From positions 640,001 through 704,000 of the forward strand of contig CAXRHT010000002.1 in assembly GCA_964230645.1 (NCBI GenBank): a DNA stretch of 64,000 nt, given 5' to 3'. Origin of the DNA: Bdellovibrionales bacterium. Its GTDB lineage: Bacteria; Bdellovibrionota; Bdellovibrionia; Bdellovibrionales; JAGQZY01. The notes under the pieces were generated by a model. It ran no database searches. It saw only the letters and a list, made by a program, of their open reading frames with translations, and was not told where the DNA came from. Position 1 is the first letter of the stretch, and each line of letters begins with the position of its first letter. Of this stretch, positions 38,852-49,451 are shown one piece after another. A program made the translations under genes and the position numbers.

Positions 38852-39157
38852 TGGTGCAGTCTCCTTAAAAATGTAAATGGGTGAATACCGAAGGTATAAC
38901 CTATTTTAATTTAGTTGATTAGTTTTTTTAATTTTCGCTGGATATTAGCCTAGGAAGATGTAGTGAAGCCTACTTTTAAATCTTACAATTAGACTCAGGT
39001 CACTTTGAAAACAGATTTTTTGCTATCAAAAATATCTGAGGCTAGTCATATCATCGATCATTTTTGTTAACACTGCATATATTCAAAAGATATTATGTTG
39101 GGTTGCTAGCTCCATGGCGAGATTGTCGTAGGCCAAACCCGTAGGGGGCCTGGCACC

Positions 39158-39862
39158 TTATTCAAATTCTGTGGTGGTGACACAACCCTGATAGACCATT
39201 GAATCTTCGTCATAAGTTGTGTCGTCTGAAACCAAAAGTTCGATATCGCTCATAAGTTGAGAGAGATCGGCTTCGGTGGCCGCACGATTGGCATCGGACA
39301 TAAAAAAGAGCGGGCAATAATACTCGGGGTTGTCATTGCCAGGGTCTTGTATCTGAATTTCAATAATACCAATTCCTGCACCGGGATCCCAAGGACCAGG
39401 GGTTCCTATGAGGTCCCCAACTTTGATGCTGTCCCCTTCTGAAACGGCGACATTTCTAATATGGTCGTAACTTATCTGACATCCATCCACGTCAATCACG
39501 ATCTCATAATCAGAATCTTCAGCTTGGAATTCAATTTTAGTTACTTGGCCATTGATAGGTGAATTGACTTCAGCATCATCTTTTAAAAAGAAATTCGAAG
39601 CAACATTCACTCCCTTTTCACCACTTTCGCCAAAAGCGTTGAACAAAGGTGTCGGAGGTGATCCCATTTGGCTAAACTTAAAATCGCCAGCGACTGAATC
39701 TGCCATTTGGTCCCACGCTTCGATCTCAAAACCAAGACCAACGAATTCCAACGACGTGTCTCTACAACTGATTTTTTCAGTGGTTTCAGTGCTTGTTTCA
39801 CTCGAGCATCCTAAAATAAGACAAATTAATGTCATTGCAAAAATAGAAATGGGTTTTGTCAT
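39158..39862 (-). CDS. M23-peptidase-like lipoprotein, probably lacking a complete active site
   Basis: ILGC lipobox; VNSPINGQV...YDHIRNVAVSEGDSIKVGDLIG; HxH motif absent. Confidence 0.7.
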   Translation of the reverse strand: MTKPISIFAMTLICLILGCSSETSTETTEKISCRDTSLEFVGLGFEIEAWDQMADSVAGDFKFSQMGSPPTPLFNAFGESGEKGVNVASNFFLKDDAEVNSPINGQVTKIEFQAEDSDYEIVIDVDGCQISYDHIRNVAVSEGDSIKVGDLIGTPGPWDPGAGIGIIEIQIQDPGNDNPEYYCPLFFMSDANRAATEADLSQLMSDIELLVSDDTTYDEDSMVYQGCVTTTEFE

Positions 39863-39975
39863 ATTTGGTCTTCGGAAAATCCAATTAGAAGCTTTAATTG
39901 GCAAAATACTGTCCGTTAAGCTACTAAAATATGAATACTTTTATAGGTATTATTTGTCTAAGTTATGATCTCACA

Positions 39976-40437
39976 TTAAGTCGGAAAGACTTTTTCAAAT
40001 TCTTCAAAAACAATGGGTGTCGTCTCTTCAAATAAAAACCCAAATTGTTCTAGCTCTCGTTCAAAGAAAGGTTTATGAACACTTCTCCAATATCCTAGGG
40101 ACTTGTCACCCTCCCCTTCTCTATAAGCATTTTCCTCTGAAATTTCATTGTATGGAATAATAGAGACTTTTGTTGTTTGAACAACACAAGTGGCCTCGCC
40201 GTACCAATCGGTCACGACAAATACGTCACCAACCTGAGGCATTTTAGAGGAGCTATTTTCAATGACTGCCAAAGAGGTGGCTGTTGCTCTTTTTATACCA
40301 AGATCTACTAATTTCGCACACTCATTGGCGTCTTTTTCGTTGTCACAAAAATGGTCAAAAATAGGCTCTGGAATATTTTTTGCGCCGATTGACTTGTGGT
40401 AGCTCTCCCACATTTTTATAATAGATTTAGAGATCAT
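39976..40437 (-). CDS. ASCH domain RNA-binding protein
   Basis: LVDLGIKRATAT...AYREGEGDKSLGYWRSVHKPFF. Confidence 0.9.
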   Translation of the reverse strand: MISKSIIKMWESYHKSIGAKNIPEPIFDHFCDNEKDANECAKLVDLGIKRATATSLAVIENSSSKMPQVGDVFVVTDWYGEATCVVQTTKVSIIPYNEISEENAYREGEGDKSLGYWRSVHKPFFERELEQFGFLFEETTPIVFEEFEKVFPT

Positions 40438-40567
40438 GTCCTAGTTTACATTTTAGATAAATTTATGACAAGAGAGAGATGAAGCTTCTTAAGATTTTGC
40501 TGACTTGGAGCTCGTATTCTGACACTTCAAAGCAAAAAAACTCTTAAGTATGGCTCTGATTATAAAA

Positions 40568-40933
40568 TCACTCAACAGAATCGGGTTCTGGATTCTCTAC
40601 AAACTGAACCGCTTGAATACTCTTTAAACCATCAAGACGAGCTTTTAGAATTCGATGAACCCCATCCATAACCAGCCCCTCTTTACTGAGAATTATAGGA
40701 AACTTAAGGTCTGCTTTTTTGATCCGTTCCATGTGATGCAGCACACGGGTGACTGTTGGCTTCTTGTATCCACAAAACCAAATATCTTCATCAAATTTGT
40801 CAAACGAGGACACTTGGTAATCAAAGGTCGGAAGCTCCCTAGTGAGCTCCCAAAGCCTTTTTATTTTCCAGGTACGTCTTCTACCCTTCTCATTCATGGA
40901 AAAGGTATGCTCATCAAAAAACTGCGAATCCAT
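40568..40933 (-). CDS. Small stand-alone ParB/Srx-like domain protein
   Basis: ADLKFPIILSKEGLVMDGVHRILKA; start uncertain. Confidence 0.75.
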   Translation of the reverse strand: MDSQFFDEHTFSMNEKGRRRTWKIKRLWELTRELPTFDYQVSSFDKFDEDIWFCGYKKPTVTRVLHHMERIKKADLKFPIILSKEGLVMDGVHRILKARLDGLKSIQAVQFVENPEPDSVE

Positions 40934-41038
40934 AAAAAATTGAGTATCACAGCTAATATTTTGGACAAAGCGCTTTCTTATCGAATGTATAGCAATCAAT
41001 TCAAAATGTAGCTCGCGCAATATTGCGAGCCCATGGAG

Positions 41039-42844
41039 TTATCGCGATGGGAGAACGGAAATTGTCGACAGATCGAAGTTTTCTAAAACTAAACCTGTAT
41101 GCCGGCGGAAGCCAGAATCGGTTTCCACCAGGACACTGTATTCCCCTCGTGTATTGGGCGCAAGCAGACGACCAGTGAGAGAATTCCCGTTGTAATTAAC
41201 ATTTATGTTGTTACCAACAAACTGATCGAAGGCTGTGGCTACAGAGGTGCGTGTCTCCGGGTGAGGTGAAAAATAGAAAGAATGGACGGCATTGAGGGTA
41301 ACAGGTCGTGCTTGCAAAGGCTCGCTTGCGACATCGTCGACCACCAGTGTCCCATCAGCTTGTCTGAGCACTCTCTGAGCGGTTCCCCCTCCCTCAATGA
41401 TAAGAGCACGTAAGCTTCCATCAGGATTACGCCCGACAATTTGGGTCTGAACAAAGCGCCCATCTATATAAGTTTGACCGATCCTTAAGTGGGTGGGTAT
41501 TTCCTCACCGTTTACAAAGGCTAGTCGGAAGGCATCGTCTGGCAGGCTGGGATCCATTCGACTGAAATCAATGCCGATGTCTCGACCAAGTCGCTCAAAA
41601 CCTTCTATTACCGAGGGCCCTTGGGGGGCTGAGGTGCCACCCCGTAAGGCTCTCGCTCCCCGAACCAATGCAGGACGACCTGCCGCTACGACAGCACCTC
41701 CGGTTGGAAGAGCAAACATTCCTTGCAGAAAGTTTTCAGCAAATTCTTGATCTCGCTCAGCTTCTGATGAAACCCCTGAAACAAAAGCTCCTTGGGCGGA
41801 TCTGGAATCCACAATAGCATCGATTAATCCGATCACAGGTAGATTATCTTGAAAAAAGCGATTCACTCGCGCGGTACACTCTCCCGCTGGTAATAGGTTT
41901 CTTGCAATGGGATTAAGGTTAAGACTGGTCTCGGCCAAACCGACTGGATCTTGTAGGCAATTTCTTCCGAAGTTTGATTCGCTTCGGCAGGCTTCAATTT
42001 GAGAGCGTTGACTCTCGGGTTGATTGGCTAAGAACTCTTCAAAATGACGGTTGAACTCGTAAAACTGATACCTCTCAGCAGGAGGCCAATTCTCTGCTCG
42101 TCGTAGAAACTGTCTCGACCGGCTCCAGGCTGTATTGTAACGGCGATAAAACAAATCGCGGAGTTGTTCACCATCGAGTGGATTTTGCAAAGCCCAGTCA
42201 TCACCGAGGATTTGCATCAAATTTGAATTACGAAATTCAAGGATTGCGCTAAATTCCTCTCCTCCTTCGGGATAGGCCTGTCCCGAATCATAGGCTCTTC
42301 GAGAGGGAGCTGTATACGTGCCCCAACGAGTGAGCAACCTTTGGCAAACAACATGTTCGGTTTCCCGAGAATCCCTAGTCGGAGAAATATGCAGACCGTT
42401 AACGACACCATTAAAAACAATGGCGGAATCCTCGCGGCTTGCCTGCTGATCAATAAAACAATTTTCAGCATGGCGTCTTTGTTCAGCATCAAGGGTTTGC
42501 GTCCACTGAGGAAAGAGATTCCTGTAGTAATCGTGAACCTGCTGTTGGTGAGCCAGAGCTTGATCGAGCATTCTTTGGGTCTCTTCCTGATGCTGCCGAC
42601 AATAGGACGATCGTGTTGAGGGAGTTCCCGGCTCAGCAAAGCAGGCTTGGATTTCCCCCAAATTGGACGCCGCTCCTCTCGTGGTGGTTAAAACCGAGTC
42701 TCGTAAGCTTGAGACAACATTTTCACAGTTGAAATGGGACTCGGCTGGGCCAGGCACTATGGAGCCAGACAGATCGGTTGTCTCGGCAAAAATTTCGAAT
42801 GTAAAGAGTATTGTCGCTAAAAAATATAAACTGCGAATCGGCAT
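41039..42844 (-). CDS. Large secreted protein with toxin-like modular layout
   Basis: Signal peptide from MPIRSLY; helical Cys-containing body; LPVIGLIDA...ALPTGGAVVAAGRPALVRGARALRGG linker; distinct C-terminal domain. Confidence 0.7.
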   Translation of the reverse strand: MPIRSLYFLATILFTFEIFAETTDLSGSIVPGPAESHFNCENVVSSLRDSVLTTTRGAASNLGEIQACFAEPGTPSTRSSYCRQHQEETQRMLDQALAHQQQVHDYYRNLFPQWTQTLDAEQRRHAENCFIDQQASREDSAIVFNGVVNGLHISPTRDSRETEHVVCQRLLTRWGTYTAPSRRAYDSGQAYPEGGEEFSAILEFRNSNLMQILGDDWALQNPLDGEQLRDLFYRRYNTAWSRSRQFLRRAENWPPAERYQFYEFNRHFEEFLANQPESQRSQIEACRSESNFGRNCLQDPVGLAETSLNLNPIARNLLPAGECTARVNRFFQDNLPVIGLIDAIVDSRSAQGAFVSGVSSEAERDQEFAENFLQGMFALPTGGAVVAAGRPALVRGARALRGGTSAPQGPSVIEGFERLGRDIGIDFSRMDPSLPDDAFRLAFVNGEEIPTHLRIGQTYIDGRFVQTQIVGRNPDGSLRALIIEGGGTAQRVLRQADGTLVVDDVASEPLQARPVTLNAVHSFYFSPHPETRTSVATAFDQFVGNNINVNYNGNSLTGRLLAPNTRGEYSVLVETDSGFRRHTGLVLENFDLSTISVLPSR

Positions 42845-43001
42845 GGAGTCGCCCTTTCCATACCTTAAGAATAGCATAGCGTAAAAGAGATCTCGATATA
42901 ACAACGAAGAACTTCTCAACTTGAGACATAATGTAAATCTAGACGTGCAACTCGCTATCATCTTTATTTTTTAAGGCTTTCTACCGATTAGGACTTATAT
43001 T

Positions 43002-43520
43002 ATGAAAATATTTTTATTTATTTCTTTTTTAATGTTTACCGAAATCTCCTCAGCAATATTTATTGGTATTGCCGAGGACTGTCGACGGCGCCAAGAAGTG
43101 CCAGAAATATTCACAACTTCAGAACACCAATCTTTAGCCAACCAACTCTATTGGTGGCTCCATGGAGCAGCAGTGATGGCTGAAGGGGCAAGAGCCAGTG
43201 GTGAGAACGAGGCTTGTTTTGAATATGACTTAGAACGTCTTAGATCTAGCAACCCTTATCCAGCCTTCATGAACTATGCTCAGCAAGGTTGTGTTCCCGC
43301 TATTTCCCAAGTCATTGGGAGAATGACTCAGACTATCAATTACGAAAGAGGGCAAAGGTCGCAACAGGGGTTTTGCACCTATTTGCGTGAGCGGATGAGC
43401 CATTACAATGAACGGGCTAGCGTCAATTTTCAAAACTACATCCTCAGTGAAAATCCAAGGCCAGCCATTCAAAATCCTGAAGGCGCTGAGACCCCTCAAT
43501 CTGGATTGGTTTCCCAGTAA
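43002..43520 (+). CDS. Secreted hypothetical protein
   Basis: Signal peptide; 4 Cys. Confidence 0.7.
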   Translation: MKIFLFISFLMFTEISSAIFIGIAEDCRRRQEVPEIFTTSEHQSLANQLYWWLHGAAVMAEGARASGENEACFEYDLERLRSSNPYPAFMNYAQQGCVPAISQVIGRMTQTINYERGQRSQQGFCTYLRERMSHYNERASVNFQNYILSENPRPAIQNPEGAETPQSGLVSQ

Positions 43521-43644
43521 TTTCAAATAGAAAATTAAACCCCAGAACCAATTAATCCACCACTCATTCACTGAACTCTTATGTTCTAGCCCTTTCCTGC
43601 GGAGAGACTTTCCTACTACGTTCAAAGGGTCTAAACTTAGCGGC

Positions 43645-44373
43645 ATGTTAGTTCGCACATTTTTTTCATTTAGTTATCTCAGTGACGTTAAATCTTTACC
43701 CGGCTTTACTAAAGGGGGAAAGGACAAGGTTCCAAAAGATCTCAGTGATTATAACCATGGACTTATTGCTGATTGGGCCGACCCTATCATCAAAGAGCAT
43801 ATAGAAGACGTCGCAACCAAGTCCAAAAATGAGCTAGAAATCTCAGCGAGGAACTTTAAAACACCAAGCTACCATCCTGGCACCGGCAGCTTTGAATGTC
43901 CTTATTTTCGGTATGATTTCACCGTGACTCAATCAGAGGAGGATTTTAGCAAATGTGTTTTTACTGGAATTCTGGAAGTTGAAAATCTTGAAGTTTTTAA
44001 TGAAATTGAGAATGTCATCGATAATTGTTTTGATTTCACCTTTGATAAAGTCATTTGTAGCCTGCCTAAAGGTGAGCGTGATTTAAAGGAGCTTATTTAC
44101 ACTTTGGATGACAACAAAAAACTTTTGAGTGCTGTTTTTGATTTTTCTTATGAAAACGATTTCTCAAGCTTTCAGCTCGTCCATAAAAAAGGAAAAAGAG
44201 TAATAACGGTTAGTGACAAAGCTTTAGAGGTTAAATTCGGCTCCTCCGAATCTATTCCTGAAATGATTGAGGCCTTAAAAGAAGTGAATAAAAATGTTTT
44301 CCTAGCCACTTCAAAAGAAAAATTCTTACTTGCCGATAGTGAAATGAGTGACTTGGGCGGCCGCCTCTTTTGA
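43645..44373 (+). CDS. Hypothetical cytoplasmic protein
   Basis: 242-aa ORF; N-terminal VKSLPGF motif (see findings). Confidence 0.7.
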   Translation: MLVRTFFSFSYLSDVKSLPGFTKGGKDKVPKDLSDYNHGLIADWADPIIKEHIEDVATKSKNELEISARNFKTPSYHPGTGSFECPYFRYDFTVTQSEEDFSKCVFTGILEVENLEVFNEIENVIDNCFDFTFDKVICSLPKGERDLKELIYTLDDNKKLLSAVFDFSYENDFSSFQLVHKKGKRVITVSDKALEVKFGSSESIPEMIEALKEVNKNVFLATSKEKFLLADSEMSDLGGRLF

Positions 44374-44439
44374 GCACTCACACACGCTTCAAAATTTCCT
44401 TTAACTCGTTGCAACTGACTTCAAAAGAGGCCCCAAGCT

Positions 44440-45021
44440 GTGTCTGATAATAGTCCCTCTAAAGCGGTAAAAAAAACAGTCCTTTCCTTCCCAGGGAAAA
44501 TCCACCTTATTTGTAATGACCAGGAGCTTTCAGCAGCTACCAAAAGCTTGAGCTCGGCCAAGGTGTTAGGCTTTGATACTGAAACCAAGCCCAGTTACGT
44601 TAAAGGTCAGGTTTTTAAAGTGGCTCTACTGCAGCTATCGACTGATAGGGACGCTTACCTCATTCGACTGCACAAGGTTTCTCAATTTCAAGGCCTAGTC
44701 AAAATCTTTGAAAACCCAAAAATTGTAAAAACGGGCGTGGCTATTCGTGACGACTTAAAAGCCTTAAAAAAGCTTTTTAAATTTGAACCCAACCAATTTG
44801 TTGAATTACAGAATTTAGCGAAAAAAGAAGGTCTCACTAAATTTGGTTTAAAAAGCATGAGTGAAGAATTATTAGAAGGCACCGTTTTCAAGGGGCCGAA
44901 GATGACTAACTGGGAGCGCCAGACTTTAACCGACCCGCAGCTCCTTTACGCTGCAACAGACGCTTGGATTGGACTTAAGCTCTATGAGCAACTGATTTCC
45001 TCTACAACGACCAAAGATTGA
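44440..45021 (+). CDS. DEDDy 3'-5' exonuclease (RNase D/WRN-like)
   Basis: GFDTETKP, ALLQLST, NWE...YAATDAW. Confidence 0.9.
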   Translation: MSDNSPSKAVKKTVLSFPGKIHLICNDQELSAATKSLSSAKVLGFDTETKPSYVKGQVFKVALLQLSTDRDAYLIRLHKVSQFQGLVKIFENPKIVKTGVAIRDDLKALKKLFKFEPNQFVELQNLAKKEGLTKFGLKSMSEELLEGTVFKGPKMTNWERQTLTDPQLLYAATDAWIGLKLYEQLISSTTTKD

Positions 45022-45178
45022 TCAAAAAACGATGTACTTTCTTCAAATAAACGGCAAGCAGTCCCCTACTTCCACTATCAGTTGAATCGACAGGCTTTTC
45101 TCGAAGATCTCTTGGTAAAGAGTTCCTAGTTGGAGGCTATTCGTAGCTTTAGCATTGTTGAGATGTTAAGACCCCAGA

Positions 45179-46657
45179 ATGAAAACATTTACTGAATTAG
45201 AACTAAGTGCTCCTATTGTTCAAGCTGTTGCTGAATTAGGTTTTCAAAAACCCAGTGCTATCCAGGCACAAACACTGCCGATCCTCCTTGGTGAGCCTAC
45301 TGACTTTATCGGACAAGCTGCTACCGGAACTGGAAAAACAGCGGCATTTGCTATTCCTCTCCTTGAGAAGATCGATCTTAAGTCAAAGACCGTCCAGGGG
45401 ATTATCCTGTGTCCTACCCGCGAGTTGGCCAAACAGGTGGCCACTCAAATTGAGTTACTGGGTAAATTCTTGGGAGTGGGAGTACTTCCGATCTATGGTG
45501 GAGCTGGTTATGGCGAGCAGATAAAGGGTCTCAAAGACGGTTGCCAAATTGTGGTGGGAACTCCTGGCCGAGTGATCGATCACCTCCAAAAAGGAACGTT
45601 GAACCTATCTAAAGTTCAGACCATCATCCTTGATGAAGCTGATGAGATGATCTCAATGGGATTTAAAGACGACCTTGAGACTATTTTAAAATCTTCCAAA
45701 AGAGATTCCAGCCAAATTTGGTTGTTCTCTGCCACTTTGAGCGGAGAGGTGCGCCGTGTAGCCGATACCTATTTACATAAGGCTCAGAAAGTGTCGGTTA
45801 ACAAAAAGGAGATGCTTTCTGACTCGGTTGAACAAGTTTTTTATGCCGCTCGTGAATCCGACAAGCCTGAAGTTCTTTGTAAAATCATAGAAGCCGCCGA
45901 TGATATTTATGGAATTATCTTTTGTCAGACGAAGTCTCTGGTCACCGACCTTACCAAATACCTCACCGAGCGTGGTTATAAAGTGGACTCTCTCCACGGA
46001 GACAAAAATCAAAACGAACGTGAGAGCACGATGCAGTCTTTTCGGGAGCGAAGATTAAACCTTCTCGTCTGCACAGATGTGGCCTCTCGTGGCATTGACG
46101 TGAAGGAACTCTCCCATGTGATTAATTACTCCATCCCAAGAGAGCTTGATATCTATGTCCACCGCATCGGTCGTACCGCTCGTGGTGGCAACACTGGCAC
46201 AGCGATTAGTCTTGTGACTCCAAAGCAGCGTACAATCATTCCCCGCATTGAGAAAATGACAAAAAGTCGCATAAAAGCAGGAGCAATTCCCACACGTAAG
46301 ACGATTGCAGCAAAAAAGGTTTCCCAGATACTAGAGAAATTCAAAGAACAAAAGTACTACGCACGCGCCATTCAGCATCTGGATGAAAACTGGGAGGAAG
46401 CTATCAAAGACATGCCAATTGAAGAGATCCTTGGACGATTTATAACAATGGTTTCACCGGAGTCCTTTGATGATCAGAAACGTCAACCTATGGTGTCGTC
46501 TTTAGGAATGGGAGGCCGATCAGGCTCTTCCTCAGAGAATCGTCGCCTAAGCAGTGGGCGAAAAGATCGTGAAAGAGGACGTGGTGGTCGAGGACGTAAA
46601 GATCGTAAGGGCCGCAGCTCATCTCGTACATCAAAAACTCGAAGTCGACGAAAATAA
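45179..46657 (+). CDS. DEAD-box RNA helicase (DeaD/CshA-like)
   Basis: ATGTGKT, PTRELA, TPGR, DEAD, SAT, SRGID, HRIGRTAR; basic RG-rich tail. Confidence 0.96.
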   Translation: MKTFTELELSAPIVQAVAELGFQKPSAIQAQTLPILLGEPTDFIGQAATGTGKTAAFAIPLLEKIDLKSKTVQGIILCPTRELAKQVATQIELLGKFLGVGVLPIYGGAGYGEQIKGLKDGCQIVVGTPGRVIDHLQKGTLNLSKVQTIILDEADEMISMGFKDDLETILKSSKRDSSQIWLFSATLSGEVRRVADTYLHKAQKVSVNKKEMLSDSVEQVFYAARESDKPEVLCKIIEAADDIYGIIFCQTKSLVTDLTKYLTERGYKVDSLHGDKNQNERESTMQSFRERRLNLLVCTDVASRGIDVKELSHVINYSIPRELDIYVHRIGRTARGGNTGTAISLVTPKQRTIIPRIEKMTKSRIKAGAIPTRKTIAAKKVSQILEKFKEQKYYARAIQHLDENWEEAIKDMPIEEILGRFITMVSPESFDDQKRQPMVSSLGMGGRSGSSSENRRLSSGRKDRERGRGGRGRKDRKGRSSSRTSKTRSRRK

Positions 46658-46904
46658 CCCTATAAAACTCATTAATGGCCAATCCTTGAGACTTTCATTC
46701 TGAAAAATATCAGCTGTTAATTTTTTTAACACCTATCAAATAAACCTACGATGAGAATAGAGTCGTTGGTCCTTTACGATCTAAAAACGAATCCTTTTGT
46801 TTTCACTCTCTTTTAGAATTGAACTCTTCTCAATCCGAGATTCATTTTTGCATTATCTCAAAATAGAGCTAATCTATCACTGGGCATAATTAAAAATAAA
46901 ATGG

Positions 46905-47798
46905 GTGAGGGTCATGATCAAAAAATCGTTTATTTCAATTCAAATACTATTGATAGCAATATTTCTACAAGGCTGCGGCTCTAGTTATGAAGGAGCGAAT
47001 TCAAACTCAAGTACGACAACCACGTTTTATGACGGGAATCCAAGTAATTTGTACTCTGAAAATGAAGCGAACCAAGAAACAACAGATTTCTTAGCTTCCC
47101 GGGTGGGCTGTTTGACCAATGACTGTGAAATGACACCGATGTTAAATGTTATTGAAGGCACAGAACGCGGCAGAGTTCTTCTTGATGAATTGGAAGATTT
47201 CTACGATTTGTATCTGCGTCGACAGCCCGATGCCAATGGTCTTAGCTTTTGGGCGGGCCACGTCTTTCTAGGGAATATCTCAATGAAAACGGCTAAAAGT
47301 TATATTCGAAATTCTGACGAAGCTTTGCAACTTGGCCCCAAGCCAGAGGTTCAACATATTCCCTCGCCCGACTTGCAGCACACCACCTGCTCTGCTGAAA
47401 GAACCTGGATTGGACGAGAACTCTCATCAAGAGAAGGCTATGTCACACGATTTACAAATATCAGGGGATCTAGCTACCCCGGCAAAGGTCGCTACAAAGA
47501 AGATTTTACCTATTACTGTGCAAAACAACGAATTCGTTGCTGGGCAGGCCAGGTTCGAGCACGTACAGTCAATATTGTGCCTATGGCCCGCGGAGGTAAC
47601 TGTAGCGCTTTAAACTTCATTGGAAAAATTGAGTCAGACTACAACTACATCCAAAAGCTTGATGCAGATTTGGAGGCAATTTATCAAACCTGTTTGCAAA
47701 GAGAGCCAACACGGTCTGAGATCGATCAGCATATCACATCAATCGTTGAGTCTGGTGGCACCCTTTACGAAAAGGCTCAAGCGATCTGTGGGTGGTAA
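46905..47798 (+). CDS. Lipoprotein with DUF4214-like repeats
   Basis: LQGC lipobox; YDLYLRRQPDANGLSFW and YQTCLQREPTRSE. Confidence 0.7.
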   Translation: MRVMIKKSFISIQILLIAIFLQGCGSSYEGANSNSSTTTTFYDGNPSNLYSENEANQETTDFLASRVGCLTNDCEMTPMLNVIEGTERGRVLLDELEDFYDLYLRRQPDANGLSFWAGHVFLGNISMKTAKSYIRNSDEALQLGPKPEVQHIPSPDLQHTTCSAERTWIGRELSSREGYVTRFTNIRGSSYPGKGRYKEDFTYYCAKQRIRCWAGQVRARTVNIVPMARGGNCSALNFIGKIESDYNYIQKLDADLEAIYQTCLQREPTRSEIDQHITSIVESGGTLYEKAQAICGW

Positions 47799-47902
47799 AA
47801 AGTTAAGGTGCAAGGCAAATCTTAAAAAAGTTCATCGCCACTTAACTTTCTACCAATAATTCCCATTCCAAGATGAACAAGTCCTTAAAGGCCGTTTATT
47901 GA

Positions 47903-48652
47903 CTATTTGCTCGGTACCTTTCTAAAAAAAACATCGAAATTAGGTTCCGATTTTGAAAGCAAAGTGACACCTAATATCTCAATTTTTTGACAGTGTAGGA
48001 ACATACGACTCACTCCGTAAAGTTCCTTGATTTTTTGATTCAGAGTTTGGCTTCCATAACGGCTATCTCCCACCAATGGGTGTTTGGCTAAAGCCGCATG
48101 CTTTCGAATTTGATGCTGGCGCCCTGTTATTATGCGAAACTCACAGAGGCTCAAATGAGCCGACTCTTTAATCACCTTATATTCAGTCTGGCAAGGGACT
48201 CGGTTTCTAGATAGGCCTTGGGGAGAGCGGCGCCCTTCGGCTTTGTCTGTTAGGGGTTTATTCCAAAGACCGGTCTTCATCTTAAACGCACCTTTAACCA
48301 GTCCTCGATAGATTTTATTAACCCGGTTTTCTTGAAATTCTTGAGAGAGTTTTTGAGCACTTTTTTTATGAAGGGCAAAAATCTGCACTCCACTGGTCTC
48401 TTTATCCAATCGGTGCACAGGCAAGAGGTCCTTGATTCCACATTGAGCTGATAACTTTTGAATCAAATTCTCAGGATCTTCATTGTTGTGAACCGACAGA
48501 CCACAGGGCTTATCAACCACTAGCCAGTCTTTATCTTGCAACAAAACTTGAATTTCAGACACACTTTCTCCATTTTTTTCACTCAATATTAACTTAGGTA
48601 AGATTGAGGAGCGAGTAGAAACTTCAAAGCAATTATTCATTAAACTGTTCAT
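47903..48652 (-). CDS. RluA-family pseudouridine synthase
   Basis: VVDKPCGL, VHRLDKETSG, TGRQHQIR, GDSRYG; start uncertain. Confidence 0.93.
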   Translation of the reverse strand: MNSLMNNCFEVSTRSSILPKLILSEKNGESVSEIQVLLQDKDWLVVDKPCGLSVHNNEDPENLIQKLSAQCGIKDLLPVHRLDKETSGVQIFALHKKSAQKLSQEFQENRVNKIYRGLVKGAFKMKTGLWNKPLTDKAEGRRSPQGLSRNRVPCQTEYKVIKESAHLSLCEFRIITGRQHQIRKHAALAKHPLVGDSRYGSQTLNQKIKELYGVSRMFLHCQKIEILGVTLLSKSEPNFDVFFRKVPSK

Positions 48653-49451
48653 GCTCTCTTATTGTTTTTTTAAGAGCCTTTTCATCCTCACACAGCGGAG
48701 GAAAGGGATTATCCGAACGGCTCCAGCGCTGAAACCAACGTTCATCTAAAGGGCGGTCTAAGTCTTTTAGTTGGCAAGCCGCTTGGGTCGTAGTCTCTTT
48801 CTCCCCTATAGGAATACCATATCCTACATAAAAGCCGGCCTCCAAGAGAGCCGCACGAACCGGTGTAGCCTGACTATAATTATAAAAAGTGGCCGAATCA
48901 TCACATTTTTCTCTCAGTTTCTTAAAACATGACGTCGTCCACATTTCTTGGTTATGATTAAGAGAATAAGGGTCATAGAAGACCAAATGACATTTATGCT
49001 CAAGTTCATTAATACATTGTAAAAAGTCACCTTCTAATAATTCCCAGTAAATGTTTTCGTGGCTCCAACTACCTCTGGATATAATGGATTCAATGGCGCT
49101 TTCATAGCCTTTAAAATGTTCAAACTCATGACTATGCTTGAGAGCAAATTTAAGAAGACTCATGTCAATTTCAAAGCTAATAATCCGCAGAGGCCTGCTT
49201 CTTGATTTGGCACAATGTAAAGCAGCTAAGGCATTGGCACCGGCCCCAAGTCCCACATCAAATAGAATAAATTCTTCTTGGGTATCTTTTGATAAATGTT
49301 TTTTTAAATTGGATTGATTAATGTAAAGTTTATTAGCTTCTTCCCAAGGGCCTAGAGGAGCGTGCATGACTTCATTCACTAAATTATTTCGAATCGAGGT
49401 CACTCCCAAAGTGGTTTTCACCACTTCAAATAGCTCTTGTTCTGTCTTCAT
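48633..49451 (-). CDS. MnmC(N)/MnmD-like SAM-dependent tRNA methyltransferase
   Basis: DVGLGAGANA, FYDPYS...EMWT. Confidence 0.8.
   Translation of the reverse strand: MKTEQELFEVVKTTLGVTSIRNNLVNEVMHAPLGPWEEANKLYINQSNLKKHLSKDTQEEFILFDVGLGAGANALAALHCAKSRSRPLRIISFEIDMSLLKFALKHSHEFEHFKGYESAIESIISRGSWSHENIYWELLEGDFLQCINELEHKCHLVFYDPYSLNHNQEMWTTSCFKKLREKCDDSATFYNYSQATPVRAALLEAGFYVGYGIPIGEKETTTQAACQLKDLDRPLDERWFQRWSRSDNPFPPLCEDEKALKKTIREHEQFNE

Noticed and set aside
39130..39157. c-di-GMP-I riboswitch-like GGCCAAACCC / GGTGCCAGGC motif
   Set aside because: It lacks the GAAA tetraloop/receptor and second stem; single partial occurrence
35571..43520. Prophage, ICE or integron at tRNA-Asp
   Set aside because: No integrase, no duplicated tRNA 3' end and no convincing attC sites were found
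45022..45178. Riboswitch or structured leader before the DEAD-box helicase
   Set aside because: A long leader is plausible, but no recognisable motif could be supported by eye
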